This document shows, one piece after another, positions 7,465 through 16,616 of a stretch of 32,000 nt of DNA. How positions within the stretch are numbered: position 1 is the first letter of the stretch; every line of letters begins with the position of its first letter. The notes under the pieces are model-generated. The model was not told the DNA's origin and did no database searches. It saw only the letters and a program-made list of their open reading frames with translations. The DNA is from Candidatus Baldrarchaeum yapensis (GTDB taxonomy: Archaea; Asgardarchaeota; Baldrarchaeia; Baldrarchaeales; Baldrarchaeaceae), in the NCBI GenBank assembly GCA_016840465.1, contig JAEOSH010000003.1:1-32000 (forward strand), in the 5' to 3' direction. The position numbers and the translations under genes are program-made.

Positions 7465-9076
7465 CCTCTAACTCTGTCTTCCTTCTACGCGAGAGAGGGA
7501 CCTCTATAGTCCTTTTTGTGATAATTTCTATAAGAATGGCCTTCTCATCTTTTGGACGAAGTAATCTTCCAAGCCTTTGTATGTACTGCCGTTCGCTTCC
7601 GGTGCCGCTGACAATTATCCCAACGGAGGCGTCCGGAACATCTACGCCTTCATCTAGAACCTCTCCCGTGACTATCTTTGTTATCCTTCCCTCTCTGAAC
7701 GCTTCTAATATTTTCCTCCTCTCCTCGGCACTCGTCTTATGGGTTATCTTGGGGATGAGGAAAAGTTTTGAAATTTTATCGACAAAACCTGTATACCTCG
7801 AAAATATTATCACTTTCTTATCCTTATACCTGCTCAACAACTTTTCTAATACTCTTATCTTATTTTTGGCACCAAGCGCTATTTGTCGTGCCCTCTCACG
7901 TGCAATTAGGACATCATGGGCTATGGGGTCCGATCTGCTGAGTTTTACAACCTCCTTAAATGCCTCTTTCGGATCCTTATTTATACAATGAAGGTCGACA
8001 TACCTTCTATATTTCTCCATAAGGGTGTTGTACTCTATTGCCTCCTCAGGTGTAAGATCAACATATATTCTTCTTATTTCGTAATCTGCAAGATATCCGT
8101 CTTCAACAAGCTCTCTCGTATCCGATTTGTATACTGTTGGCCCTATCAGTATGTCTAAATCCTTGTGGAGTTCATCGGCTCTTTTTGGTGTCGCGGTAAG
8201 CCCCATTCTTGCCGTACATGGCATGCATTCGGCAATTAACCGGTAACTTGGTGATGCGAGATGGTGAACCTCATCAGCTATTAGAAGGCTGAACTTATCG
8301 GCGAGTGCATGAACGTTCAGGTACGCGCTATCATAAGTTATCACAGTAACGTCTTTGATCTCCTTCTTTCCGCCCCCGAAAATCCCGACCTCCTCATCGG
8401 GAACATCAAGCATTGTGCATATTTTATCTTTCCATTGCTGGAGTAAATCTATTGTGGGAACTACTATGAGCGACTTCAACTTCAGTTCGTGAATTGCCCA
8501 GAGTGCAATGTAAGTTTTTCCAGCTCCAGTTGGTAAAACTATCACACCTCGCTTATCGTTAGCCAGCCAGGCGTTATACGCTTCCTTTTGAAATGGTCTT
8601 AATTCAAAAAGAGGGGATGTTTCGAACGATATTTTCTGTTCGGTTTCAAAGGTGATGATGGGCTTGATGCCGTACTTCTCGAAAACTTTCACTATTTGAC
8701 TTAAGTACATAGGCTTTGCCCGGAAGAGTTTGTCCTGTCGATCCCAGACAACAAGATTCTCGGCTTCAGGAGGTACCGTTGAAATTCCGTCTATGACAAG
8801 ATCGGACCCCTTAAGGGAGATTACCGCCGCTGGCTTTTTCTCTCTAAGCAGATTTAATAAATCTGCGTTCAAACTTATGTTATGCTTGGAAAGAATCCTG
8901 ATAATTTCACTTGGCTTTTTCTCAAGGCACTTTTCTAGGTTAAGACGGTAAATTCCTCTTTTTCTTGAGGTATCAAACCTAATGTAATCTGCGATGGTGA
9001 GAAGTTCCTCGAAGTCCTCTCTAGACATCCACTTTACGATCTCAAACCGTAGATTCGATAGTGAGATGGCTCTCAT
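7457..9076 (-). CDS. xpb: XPB/Rad25 SF2 DNA helicase
   Basis: LRPFQ (Q motif), LPTGAGKT, DEVHH, GLTATP, LDEGVDVP, QRLGRLLR; adjacent to bax1. Confidence 0.9.
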   Translation of the reverse strand: MRAISLSNLRFEIVKWMSREDFEELLTIADYIRFDTSRKRGIYRLNLEKCLEKKPSEIIRILSKHNISLNADLLNLLREKKPAAVISLKGSDLVIDGISTVPPEAENLVVWDRQDKLFRAKPMYLSQIVKVFEKYGIKPIITFETEQKISFETSPLFELRPFQKEAYNAWLANDKRGVIVLPTGAGKTYIALWAIHELKLKSLIVVPTIDLLQQWKDKICTMLDVPDEEVGIFGGGKKEIKDVTVITYDSAYLNVHALADKFSLLIADEVHHLASPSYRLIAECMPCTARMGLTATPKRADELHKDLDILIGPTVYKSDTRELVEDGYLADYEIRRIYVDLTPEEAIEYNTLMEKYRRYVDLHCINKDPKEAFKEVVKLSRSDPIAHDVLIARERARQIALGAKNKIRVLEKLLSRYKDKKVIIFSRYTGFVDKISKLFLIPKITHKTSAEERRKILEAFREGRITKIVTGEVLDEGVDVPDASVGIIVSGTGSERQYIQRLGRLLRPKDEKAILIEIITKRTIEVPLSRRRKTELEDA

Positions 9077-9103
9077 CGCCGACCTTTCCGTTGCGATCGA
9101 TTA

Positions 9104-10786
9104 TCAATGCGATATCTTCATGATCTTGTCACGTATTTGCTCATCGGAAACTTTCTTAAAGAGGGGTACTGGCTCTCTTATTACGTGGCCTGGCTTTATG
9201 TCTATCTTTCCTGCATCATCCCATTTTCCTCTTTCGATGTTTAGCAGTTCAAGAATGCGCGTCGCAGATCTGGGGATGAACGGCCATAAGAGGATCCCAA
9301 GACATTTCACCAAGTGTACTGCGACGAATAGTACTGTTCCCGCGGATCTCTTATCTTTCTTTATTAGCTTCCATGGTTCCTTTGCGTTCAGATACCTGTT
9401 TCCGTCTCTTGCAAGATCTAGTATTTTCTCTAGCGCCGCTTTTAGTTCATAGCGCTCCATAAGGGAACCAATTTCCTGAGGCGAGGATTTTATCTTCTCC
9501 AAGAGTTCTTTATCGAGATTATTAAACTCTCCGGGCTCTGGCACTTTTCCGTCGAAGTAACGGTAGATGAGCATCAAAACTCTGTGTATGAAGTTCCCCA
9601 AGTTATCTACAAGTTCGCTATTTATTTTGTCTCGGAATTCTTCCCAATTCCAGTCCGTATCCTCAATTGAGTAAGGTGTGATGAGCGTTAGGTAAAATCT
9701 TGCATAATCGGCAGGGAAGCTCTCCAGAAACTCCTCTACACCTATGTATATTCCTCTGCTTTTGGAGAACTTCTTCTTATGTAATGTCAAGAAACCTCTA
9801 GTTGGTATTGCCGATGGAAGGTTGAAATTCATTTTGGTTCCATAGAGCATCGCCGGCCAGAAGAGGTAATGATGATACACGATATCCTTCCCGATGTGGT
9901 GGATTATTTTAGTCTCGGGGTCTTTCCACCATCTTTCCCAGTTGTCATTGTGGTCCTTACACCATTTAACGGTCGCTGCAATGTATCCAATTGGGGCATC
10001 GAACCACACGTAAACTTTCTTCCTTTTACCGCTCTCTGTGATCGCATCGTCGAATGGCATGTCAAAGCCCCAATAGTCCTCCTCCCTCGTGATATCCCAA
10101 TCCTTCAATCCCTCCTCTATCCAGTTCAGCACGTAATTCGTAACCTGAGGCTGGAATTCCTCATTGTTTTGAATCCATTCCTTTAAGAAGTCGGCAAAAG
10201 CCGAAAGTTTGAATATGAAGTGTTCACTTTCCTTTAATACTGGCATACTGCCACATATTGTGCATCTAGGATTCTTAAGATCGCCGGGTTCGAACGTCTT
10301 TCCGCAGCTATCACAATAATCGCTGTACTGATCCTTTGCTCCGCAGACGGGACATTCTCCCCTCACGTATCTATCGGGTAGGTACCTCTTACAGTTCTCA
10401 CAGTAGTACTGCTTTACAGTCTTCTTGTATATATATCCGTTTTCTCTCAAAGCTTTAAGGAACATGTGAGTGAGTTCCTCGTTTTCAGGGCTATGAGTCC
10501 TATGGAAAACATCGAACTCTATGTCGAGTGCGCGGAAAAGCTTCTTATCCAACTCATGGTATTTAAGTACAAAGTTCTCGGGGTCCATACCAGCCTTCTC
10601 GGCTTCCACTTGAATAGGAGTTCCATGTTCGTCAGTTGCGCAGACGTAGAGAGTTTCAACTCCCTTAGCTTTATAGTATCTTGCAAGGATGTCTGCAGGC
10701 AGATAAGTGCTCTTCATATGCCCGAGGTGAGGTTCTCCGTTTGCATATATCAGCGCCGCGGTTATTAATACGCGCTTAAACGCTAT
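9104..10786 (-). CDS. metG: Methionine--tRNA ligase, short form without C-terminal tRNA-binding domain
   Basis: The frame extends 23 codons upstream of the track start: (I)AFKRVLITAALIYANGEPHLGHMKSTY, containing the HIGH motif HLGH. Four CxxC knuckle pairs, YVWFDAPIGY, KFSKSRG. No ATG/GTG/TTG upstream of HLGH, so the start is placed at ATA 10786 or GCG 10783. Confidence 0.95.
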   Translation of the reverse strand: MAFKRVLITAALIYANGEPHLGHMKSTYLPADILARYYKAKGVETLYVCATDEHGTPIQVEAEKAGMDPENFVLKYHELDKKLFRALDIEFDVFHRTHSPENEELTHMFLKALRENGYIYKKTVKQYYCENCKRYLPDRYVRGECPVCGAKDQYSDYCDSCGKTFEPGDLKNPRCTICGSMPVLKESEHFIFKLSAFADFLKEWIQNNEEFQPQVTNYVLNWIEEGLKDWDITREEDYWGFDMPFDDAITESGKRKKVYVWFDAPIGYIAATVKWCKDHNDNWERWWKDPETKIIHHIGKDIVYHHYLFWPAMLYGTKMNFNLPSAIPTRGFLTLHKKKFSKSRGIYIGVEEFLESFPADYARFYLTLITPYSIEDTDWNWEEFRDKINSELVDNLGNFIHRVLMLIYRYFDGKVPEPGEFNNLDKELLEKIKSSPQEIGSLMERYELKAALEKILDLARDGNRYLNAKEPWKLIKKDKRSAGTVLFVAVHLVKCLGILLWPFIPRSATRILELLNIERGKWDDAGKIDIKPGHVIREPVPLFKKVSDEQIRDKIMKISH

Positions 10787-10822
10787 CCCCTCCGGTTTTT
10801 TATAAAAAACTTCACGGGGGAT
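10785..10822. promoter_or_regulatory. Palindromic element at the metG 5' end
   Basis: Perfect 16-bp palindrome GTTTTTTATAAAAAAC (10795-10810) with outer arms ATCCCC (10785-10790) and GGGGAT (10817-10822). Confidence 0.3.
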
Positions 10823-10916
10823 TTTAAAAGTTTAATTGCTCCGGTTTTCCACACATACTCTTCTTGGATGTGAAGATCTCATTTATTTATAATTTCTTTA
10901 GAGACGAAAATCTGTG

Positions 10917-10936
10917 TGATGCGCGCTTATGCATCA
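10917..10936. terminator. Short hairpin downstream of the HAD gene, possible terminator
   Basis: TGATGC-8 nt-GCATCA, 11 nt past the HAD stop. Confidence 0.25.
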
Positions 10937-10947
10937 TTTTGATGGAA

Positions 10948-11793
10948 TTAATCGATAAGAAAGCGAGGAAGATCCGCTATAGACTCTACAATAATATCCG
11001 GTCTTATTTTGGAGTTTTCTAGATGCTCACGCTTAGTCACACCAGTTAATACCAAAACGGACGTACATCTGCAGATCTTTGCAACTGCTATGTCAGTATC
11101 CAGTCTATCTCCTACAATTATGGCGTCAGAGGGATTTGCATTCCAAATTTTCAAGGCTAATTTAACTATTGCGGGATTTGGTTTTCCAATGACGATGTCC
11201 GGTTTCCTGCCAGAACACGTACTCAGCGCCATAACCATAGACCCAGCGCCCGGTATTTCTCCTTTTGGTGTCGGCAACGTTGGATCCATGTTAGTAGCAA
11301 TGAATTTAGCACCCCTTTTCAGAGCCTCCATGGCATACCTCAGTTTTCTATAATTAAAGCCTCGGTCGAGCCCTACCACAACGACCTCTACCTTCCCGGC
11401 AATGCAGTCCTTTTCAGAAGCAATACGGACACCTGCCTGTTTTAACTCGTTATAAAGACCCTTTTCCCCTATTACATAAGCATATACTCCCTCTCCAAAG
11501 TTTTCTCTTATATAGATCGACGCCGCGTATGCGCTTGTTATTATTTCCTTCTCAGAGGCCTCTATTCCGAATTTACGCATCTTTTTTACGTAATCTTTCC
11601 GCGTTTTCGTGGAATTGTTCGTGAGGAATACCACCTTCCTGTTAGCATCCCTAATTCTTCTAATGGCATCTGCGGCCCCCGGTATCGCTGTTTCTGCGCG
11701 CCATAACACTCCGTCGCAGTCCAATATTATGAGTTTCTTGTCCTTTAGCGTTGATGACAGTTTGATCACCATCCGAGTTTCGGCTGTTAACAT
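10948..11793 (-). CDS. HAD-superfamily class IIA hydrolase (NagD / phosphoglycolate-phosphatase-like)
   Basis: LDCDGVLW, FLTNNST, GKPNP, VGDRLDTDI, VLTGV. Alternative start ATG 11772. Confidence 0.9.
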   Translation of the reverse strand: MLTAETRMVIKLSSTLKDKKLIILDCDGVLWRAETAIPGAADAIRRIRDANRKVVFLTNNSTKTRKDYVKKMRKFGIEASEKEIITSAYAASIYIRENFGEGVYAYVIGEKGLYNELKQAGVRIASEKDCIAGKVEVVVVGLDRGFNYRKLRYAMEALKRGAKFIATNMDPTLPTPKGEIPGAGSMVMALSTCSGRKPDIVIGKPNPAIVKLALKIWNANPSDAIIVGDRLDTDIAVAKICRCTSVLVLTGVTKREHLENSKIRPDIIVESIADLPRFLID

Positions 11794-11901
11794 CGATAGA
11801 CAACGTTATATTTTCCTTTTCTAAAGATCTCGTTGATCACTTTTGGAGTAATGACGATCATTCATAATCACACAATTATAAGCCATCTGGGGGACAAGAG
11901 C

Positions 11902-13020
11902 ATGTCAGTTGTGCTTGCGCTGGACAGATTAGATGTTGAGGTTGCACGAAGGAGGCTGAAGAGCGAGATTACGCGATTGAAGAAGGTTAAGGGAAGGCAC
12001 TCGTCATTAACCACTGTATACATACCGGGTGACAAGAACTTTATGGATGTAATCTCGTTTCTGGAAAAGGAGTACGAGACCGCCAGCAACATCCAAGACA
12101 AGTCTAACAGGAAAATGGTGCAAGACAATCTTGCGAGCATGATCTTCGAGTTGCAGAGGCTAGGCGGTATTCCCAAAAACGGGTTAGCTATGTTCTTCGG
12201 GTTCCATGAGGTATCGCCCGGAAGGTTTGAGCAGATAAAGGAAATAATAATTCCTCCGCTTCCGATAAAGCAATTCATCTATGTTTGTGGCAAGGAGTTT
12301 GAGCTGCGCCCACTAGAAGAAATGACAACTCCGAAGAACGTAATAGCGGTAATTTTAATGGAGGCGGGCAATTACGCGATAGGACTGATTAGGGGGAAGG
12401 ATGTAGAGGTTCTTAAGGAGGGGGACTATTATATCATTGGGAAGACAAGAAAAGGAGGCCAGAGTGCACGAAGATATGAAAGAATAAGAGAGGAGCAGGT
12501 ACACAACTTCTATAAGCACCTAGCTAAGGAAATTAATGAGTTGCTCTTACCCATGCTCGATAACATTGATGCTATAGTCTTCGGCGGCAACACGATAAGG
12601 GTCGAGGAGTTTCTGGAGGAAGGACTCTTGGATTACAGATTACGGGAAAAAGTCGTAAATAAAATTATAAGTGTGCCGGAAATTTCGGCAGAGGGTCTGT
12701 ACGTTGCGGTAAAGGATGTAGCGGAAATAATAAGAGACTCAGAACTTTATCGTGAAAAGAAAGTTTGGGAGGAGTTCAAAACCAAACTTGTTAAGGGAGA
12801 CTCCGCGGTCGCCTATGGTCCGAACGACGTTATAGAATACCTGAAGCAGGGAAGAGTTGATGTTGTGATGGTATCGGAAGGCATTGATGATTCGTTAATG
12901 GATGAAATAATAGAACTTGCGCAATCAACAGGCGCACGCGTCGAGATCTTCGGTAAGAAGACGGAATGCGGCAGAGAACTCATGAGTTTCGGAGGTATTG
13001 CGGCGATATTGAGGTGGTAG
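11902..13020 (+). CDS. prf1: Peptide chain release factor aRF1, short C-domain form (372 aa)
   Basis: TASNIQD (NIKS position), YVCGKEF (YxCxxxF), KGGQSARR (GGQ at 12454-12462), C-terminal FGGIAAILR. ATG 11902 with upstream GGGGA is preferred over TTG 11833. Confidence 0.92.
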   Translation: MSVVLALDRLDVEVARRRLKSEITRLKKVKGRHSSLTTVYIPGDKNFMDVISFLEKEYETASNIQDKSNRKMVQDNLASMIFELQRLGGIPKNGLAMFFGFHEVSPGRFEQIKEIIIPPLPIKQFIYVCGKEFELRPLEEMTTPKNVIAVILMEAGNYAIGLIRGKDVEVLKEGDYYIIGKTRKGGQSARRYERIREEQVHNFYKHLAKEINELLLPMLDNIDAIVFGGNTIRVEEFLEEGLLDYRLREKVVNKIISVPEISAEGLYVAVKDVAEIIRDSELYREKKVWEEFKTKLVKGDSAVAYGPNDVIEYLKQGRVDVVMVSEGIDDSLMDEIIELAQSTGARVEIFGKKTECGRELMSFGGIAAILRW

Positions 13021-13046
13021 AACGAAGGAGAATTGTTGTGGCGGAA

Positions 13047-13298
13047 CTAGGCGAACTTCTTCTCTCTCTTCTTCTCATTAAGCACGTACAGGTACTGGCG
13101 TGCGTCCTCGAGGTTGGGAATTCTCCTTATGAGTCCCGCCTCGAGAAGCATCTTGAGGGCGTTTCTAACGGTCCTCGGGGAATATGTAGTCTCGTTTATT
13201 ATGTCCTTGGACGTTACTACCTTCTTCTCCTTGATTATCCTATAAACCTCCCACGTTGAGGGAGGGAAGTTAAATTTCTTCTCATTCATCTCTCTCAC
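13047..13298 (-). CDS. Small winged-helix DNA-binding protein
   Basis: PPSTWEVY...TSKDII.ET..SPRTVRNALKMLLEAGLI...DARQ.LY matches a widespread small archaeal wHTH (MarR-like) pattern. Confidence 0.8.
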   Translation of the reverse strand: MREMNEKKFNFPPSTWEVYRIIKEKKVVTSKDIINETTYSPRTVRNALKMLLEAGLIRRIPNLEDARQYLYVLNEKKREKKFA

Positions 13299-13348
13299 CC
13301 TTTATCGTTTTCACAGAAAATAAAAATCAGTTTGTATATAAAGTTATC

Positions 13349-13368
13349 TGTTGAAATGAAGGTCAACA
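13349..13368. promoter_or_regulatory. Candidate operator between two divergent wHTH genes
   Basis: TGTTGA-N8-TCAACA directly abuts TTTATAAA (13369-13376, + strand) and lies close to an opposite-strand TTTATATA (13335-13342). Confidence 0.4.
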
Positions 13369-13419
13369 TTTATAAAATATGATATGTGTAATATACAATA
13401 ACCATGGAGGCATTGTGTT

Positions 13420-14088
13420 ATGTCCAGTGACAACTTGGGAAAAAATGCTCTTGACATAGTTGTCATCAATGAGCCTGAGAAGATCAGGGCGGTAATGGAC
13501 CCACTGCGTTGCCGCATCCTCAGTCTTCTGAGAAAGCGGGAGATGTCGATAAAAGAACTAACGGACGAGTTAAAAAAGATGTTGCCAAAGGAAGAAGCAG
13601 AAAAGGTAACGCCTCAGAAAGTAAATTACCATGTGAAGGCATTGGAGCGCCTAGGATTAATAACGGTCGCTTATGAGCGAAATGTTGAAGGGAGACCGCA
13701 CATGATGGTAAAGTTCTACAAGCGATGTGCCTCTAAGATTCTAATAACGTATTCTCCTGACAATGATGAAGAGGACCAACAGGATTACTACACGCTTCTG
13801 GAAATGGCCCGACGAATGGGAATATTGATTCCGGATACCAGTGAGAAAGAGGGAGTCATGGATGTACTAATGAAGGGCCTATCGCTTTTAAAGGGAGCTT
13901 ACAGGGACGTTCTGAGGTTCTTCGAACAAAATGGTTGTGCAAAGAATGATGCTTTTGAACCACTGAATGTCTATTTGCTGTTCTTTACGTTCTTACAGCT
14001 GTTAAAGAGAAAAGAATTTGGAGAACTTATCGAAAAGATTTCTAAACTGCTAAACTACGGCGAAAGGCCTCCTATTCTTTCTCCCTAA
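13420..14088 (+). CDS. ArsR-family (HTH_20-like) transcription regulator with C-terminal helical domain
   Basis: DPLRCRILSLL...MSIKEL...QKVNYHVKALERLGLI...KFY. Confidence 0.8.
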   Translation: MSSDNLGKNALDIVVINEPEKIRAVMDPLRCRILSLLRKREMSIKELTDELKKMLPKEEAEKVTPQKVNYHVKALERLGLITVAYERNVEGRPHMMVKFYKRCASKILITYSPDNDEEDQQDYYTLLEMARRMGILIPDTSEKEGVMDVLMKGLSLLKGAYRDVLRFFEQNGCAKNDAFEPLNVYLLFFTFLQLLKRKEFGELIEKISKLLNYGERPPILSP

Positions 14089-14500
14089 AAACAATGTATA
14101 TCTTTTTTTCTTCCTCCTTAAACTCTATGTGAAGCCAAAAGGTGCCGCTACCCTGTGGCGGCACTAGAGATATTACACATGGATACGTCTTTTTGAAAAT
14201 CCTCAGTCCCTCGCTTGAGTTCTCTAAAACAAAAAGTGTAGACTCATTCACCCTCACATTCACATTAGATGGTACATAAACCTCCGAGTCGTAGGGCCTC
14301 CCTGTCAGTAGAACATATTGTATTCCTTCATCTAGTCTTCTAAATAAGCCCTCGCCGCTACTATTACCAGCGCTTGTACCCTCATCTGTAATCAGGTTAC
14401 TAAGAACCGAAATTGTACTTTTAAAAATAGGCATGCAGAGCATTGATACGAGCGATAAACTTATGATCATGAGGATAGCTTTTTCCACCGTCAGTTGCAT
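14072..14500 (-). CDS. Small N-terminally anchored protein, type IV (minor) pilin-like
   Basis: MQLTVEKAILMIISLSLVSMLCMPIF gives Q+1/E+5 followed by a hydrophobic helix, then a second helix and a beta-rich C-terminal part. In-frame stop 7 codons upstream. Confidence 0.5.
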   Translation of the reverse strand: MQLTVEKAILMIISLSLVSMLCMPIFKSTISVLSNLITDEGTSAGNSSGEGLFRRLDEGIQYVLLTGRPYDSEVYVPSNVNVRVNESTLFVLENSSEGLRIFKKTYPCVISLVPPQGSGTFWLHIEFKEEEKKIYIVFREKE

Positions 14501-14554
14501 TTTATCCCCAAAATACTTTTACTCGGATCGGTATTTAAGCCCCGAAGAAGTCGG

Positions 14555-16612
14555 GTGAACGCGTTGTCACTAATACGGCAAATAATCTCGAGCCTTGAGG
14601 ATCGCATAGCAAGATGGATCAAGGAGAAGGGAATTGAGAAGAAAATAGATCTTCAGAGACCTCCGTTAATGAAATATGGGGATATTGCATGTCCAGTATT
14701 CAAAATTGCAAAATCGATTGGTGCAAATCCCGTATATCTTGCAGAAGAATTGGCTGAGTATTTAAGGAAGGAAAAATTCGATTTTGTGGAGAAAATAGAG
14801 GTATACGGCGGATACGTTAACATATTTCTCGACAGGGAGAAGGTGACTGCAAAAGTGTTGTCCGAAGTTTTAACGAAGGACCAATTATATGGCTGTATGG
14901 AGCAAAAACTCGACGAACTGATAATAGTTGAGCACACCTCCACGAACCCCAACGCTCCCATACATATTGGAAACCTTAGAAACTCTCTGCTGGGAGACGC
15001 ATTTGCTAATATCCTCTCGGCATTGGGCTATCGCGTAAGGAGGCATTTTTATGTAAATGACATGGGACGCCAAGTGATCATGACTGCAATAGGGTACTTC
15101 TTACTTAAGGAACGAAATGTGAAGTCTGCCCTTAAACATGACCTCTGGACCGGAATCATATACGCAATCATGAACAATTTCATCTCTGCGGAGGAATTTA
15201 AGGAAAAAATATGGAAGATACGCCCCGATCTTAAGGAACTATCGCAAACAAAGTACCAAATATCTGACGATGAAGAGAAAGTATTTAACGAGGTATTGGA
15301 GCGCGAACACAAGAGAGTCGAAGACATACTGGGAGAAGATGTTGAATCACTTAAGAGAACCCTTAAAGACATCGTTGAAGTATCGCGTGACCTGAAGAAG
15401 CGGTTCCCTGAAATATTTAATATCCTGCTCGAAGAGGCATCGAAAATAGAATCGCTATCGAAGTACCTAGAAGAGCAAATCAGAGCCTACGAGCGAGGAG
15501 AGAATCCCATTAAGATGGTCGTTAGGGATATGTGCTCTAACGTTATTAAGGAGGTCAAGAAGACTCTATCACGATACGGCATATACTTTGACTCCTTTGA
15601 CTGGGAGTCTGACCTTGCCTGGTCGGGCTTCGTCGAGGAAATCCTGAAAAAACTCGAAGAATCAGGCTTCGTCATTTCTAAGAAGTCTAATGGAGGAGAG
15701 GTAAAGATTCTCGACATAGAGGGATATCTTAGGAGCAGGAATTTAAAAAGCAAGCTGGGAATAAAGGAGGAATTCGAAGTCCCACCACTTGTACTTACGC
15801 GATCCGACGGGACTACTCTCTACACGACGCGTGATATAGCATACACGGTGTGGAAGTTTGACAAGATGGGGGCAAAGAAGGTCTATAACGTCATCGCGAC
15901 CGAGCAGAATCTTCCTCAGCTTCAATTAAATGTTGCACTCAGAATCCTCGGATACGACGAATGGGCAGACAACCTGATACACTTCAAATATGAACTCGTA
16001 CACCTGACGGGAATGAAAATGAGTGGCCGTCGAGCAAGGTATATAACGGCAGATGAGGTCCTCGATACAACCATAAATGAAGTTTTGAAGATCTTGGAAA
16101 AGTCAAACTACTCAGAGGAAGAAAAAAGAAAGATCGCCCAAAAAGTTGCAATCGGAGCAATAAAATTTGCACTTCTTAATGTTAGTCCGCTAAAGGTGGT
16201 CACATTTGACATCAAAAAGGCGCTGGACCTCAAAGAAAACACGGGCCCCTTCGTGCAATACAACTATGCAAGAATTTGCAGTATTCTCAGAAAGGCGGGA
16301 ACTTATCGTCTAGATCCTTCCGCCGTTCAAGCGAAATGGATCACAGGCGACCTCGAGTGGGACCTCATAAGAAGGATAGACGAGTTCCCTGAGGTGCTGA
16401 AAAAGGTAGTACAGAATTTAAAACCCGAATTACTAACTAACTACCTGAATGAACTTGCAGTGGCCTTCAGCAAATTCTACGAAAAAGTACCTGTGTTACG
16501 GGCAGAAAACGACGACCAGAAGGTTGCGAGGCTCGCACTAGTAAAAGCCGTAGGGATCGTACTAAGAAATGGACTGAAGCTGCTGGGAATAGAAGCGCCA
16601 GAAAAAATGTAA
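14555..16612 (+). CDS. argS: Arginine--tRNA ligase
   Basis: YGD...GYVN, EHTSTNPNAPIHIGN (HIGH), RSDGT.LY.TRDIAY, KMSGRR, GPFVQYNYARICSIL, FYEKVPVL. Likely start GTG 14555 or TTG 14564; the track start 14495 overlaps the divergent gene. Confidence 0.96.
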   Translation: MNALSLIRQIISSLEDRIARWIKEKGIEKKIDLQRPPLMKYGDIACPVFKIAKSIGANPVYLAEELAEYLRKEKFDFVEKIEVYGGYVNIFLDREKVTAKVLSEVLTKDQLYGCMEQKLDELIIVEHTSTNPNAPIHIGNLRNSLLGDAFANILSALGYRVRRHFYVNDMGRQVIMTAIGYFLLKERNVKSALKHDLWTGIIYAIMNNFISAEEFKEKIWKIRPDLKELSQTKYQISDDEEKVFNEVLEREHKRVEDILGEDVESLKRTLKDIVEVSRDLKKRFPEIFNILLEEASKIESLSKYLEEQIRAYERGENPIKMVVRDMCSNVIKEVKKTLSRYGIYFDSFDWESDLAWSGFVEEILKKLEESGFVISKKSNGGEVKILDIEGYLRSRNLKSKLGIKEEFEVPPLVLTRSDGTTLYTTRDIAYTVWKFDKMGAKKVYNVIATEQNLPQLQLNVALRILGYDEWADNLIHFKYELVHLTGMKMSGRRARYITADEVLDTTINEVLKILEKSNYSEEEKRKIAQKVAIGAIKFALLNVSPLKVVTFDIKKALDLKENTGPFVQYNYARICSILRKAGTYRLDPSAVQAKWITGDLEWDLIRRIDEFPEVLKKVVQNLKPELLTNYLNELAVAFSKFYEKVPVLRAENDDQKVARLALVKAVGIVLRNGLKLLGIEAPEKM

Positions 16613-16616
16613 ATGG

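Noticed and set aside
6181-9076. XPB-Bax1 pair as a novel system
   Set aside because: Well-described archaeal helicase-nuclease pair; only a modest N-terminal extension on XPB.
11902-13020. Stop-codon reassignment implied by the aRF1 variant
   Set aside because: Confident genes end in all three stops (TAA at 3949 and 16612, TAG at 13020, TGA at 5331), and no conserved gene shows an in-frame stop.
14072-14088. Convergent 3' overlaps (17 nt here, 15 nt at 20284-20298)
   Set aside because: Ordinary for compact archaeal genomes; no further evidence of antisense regulation.
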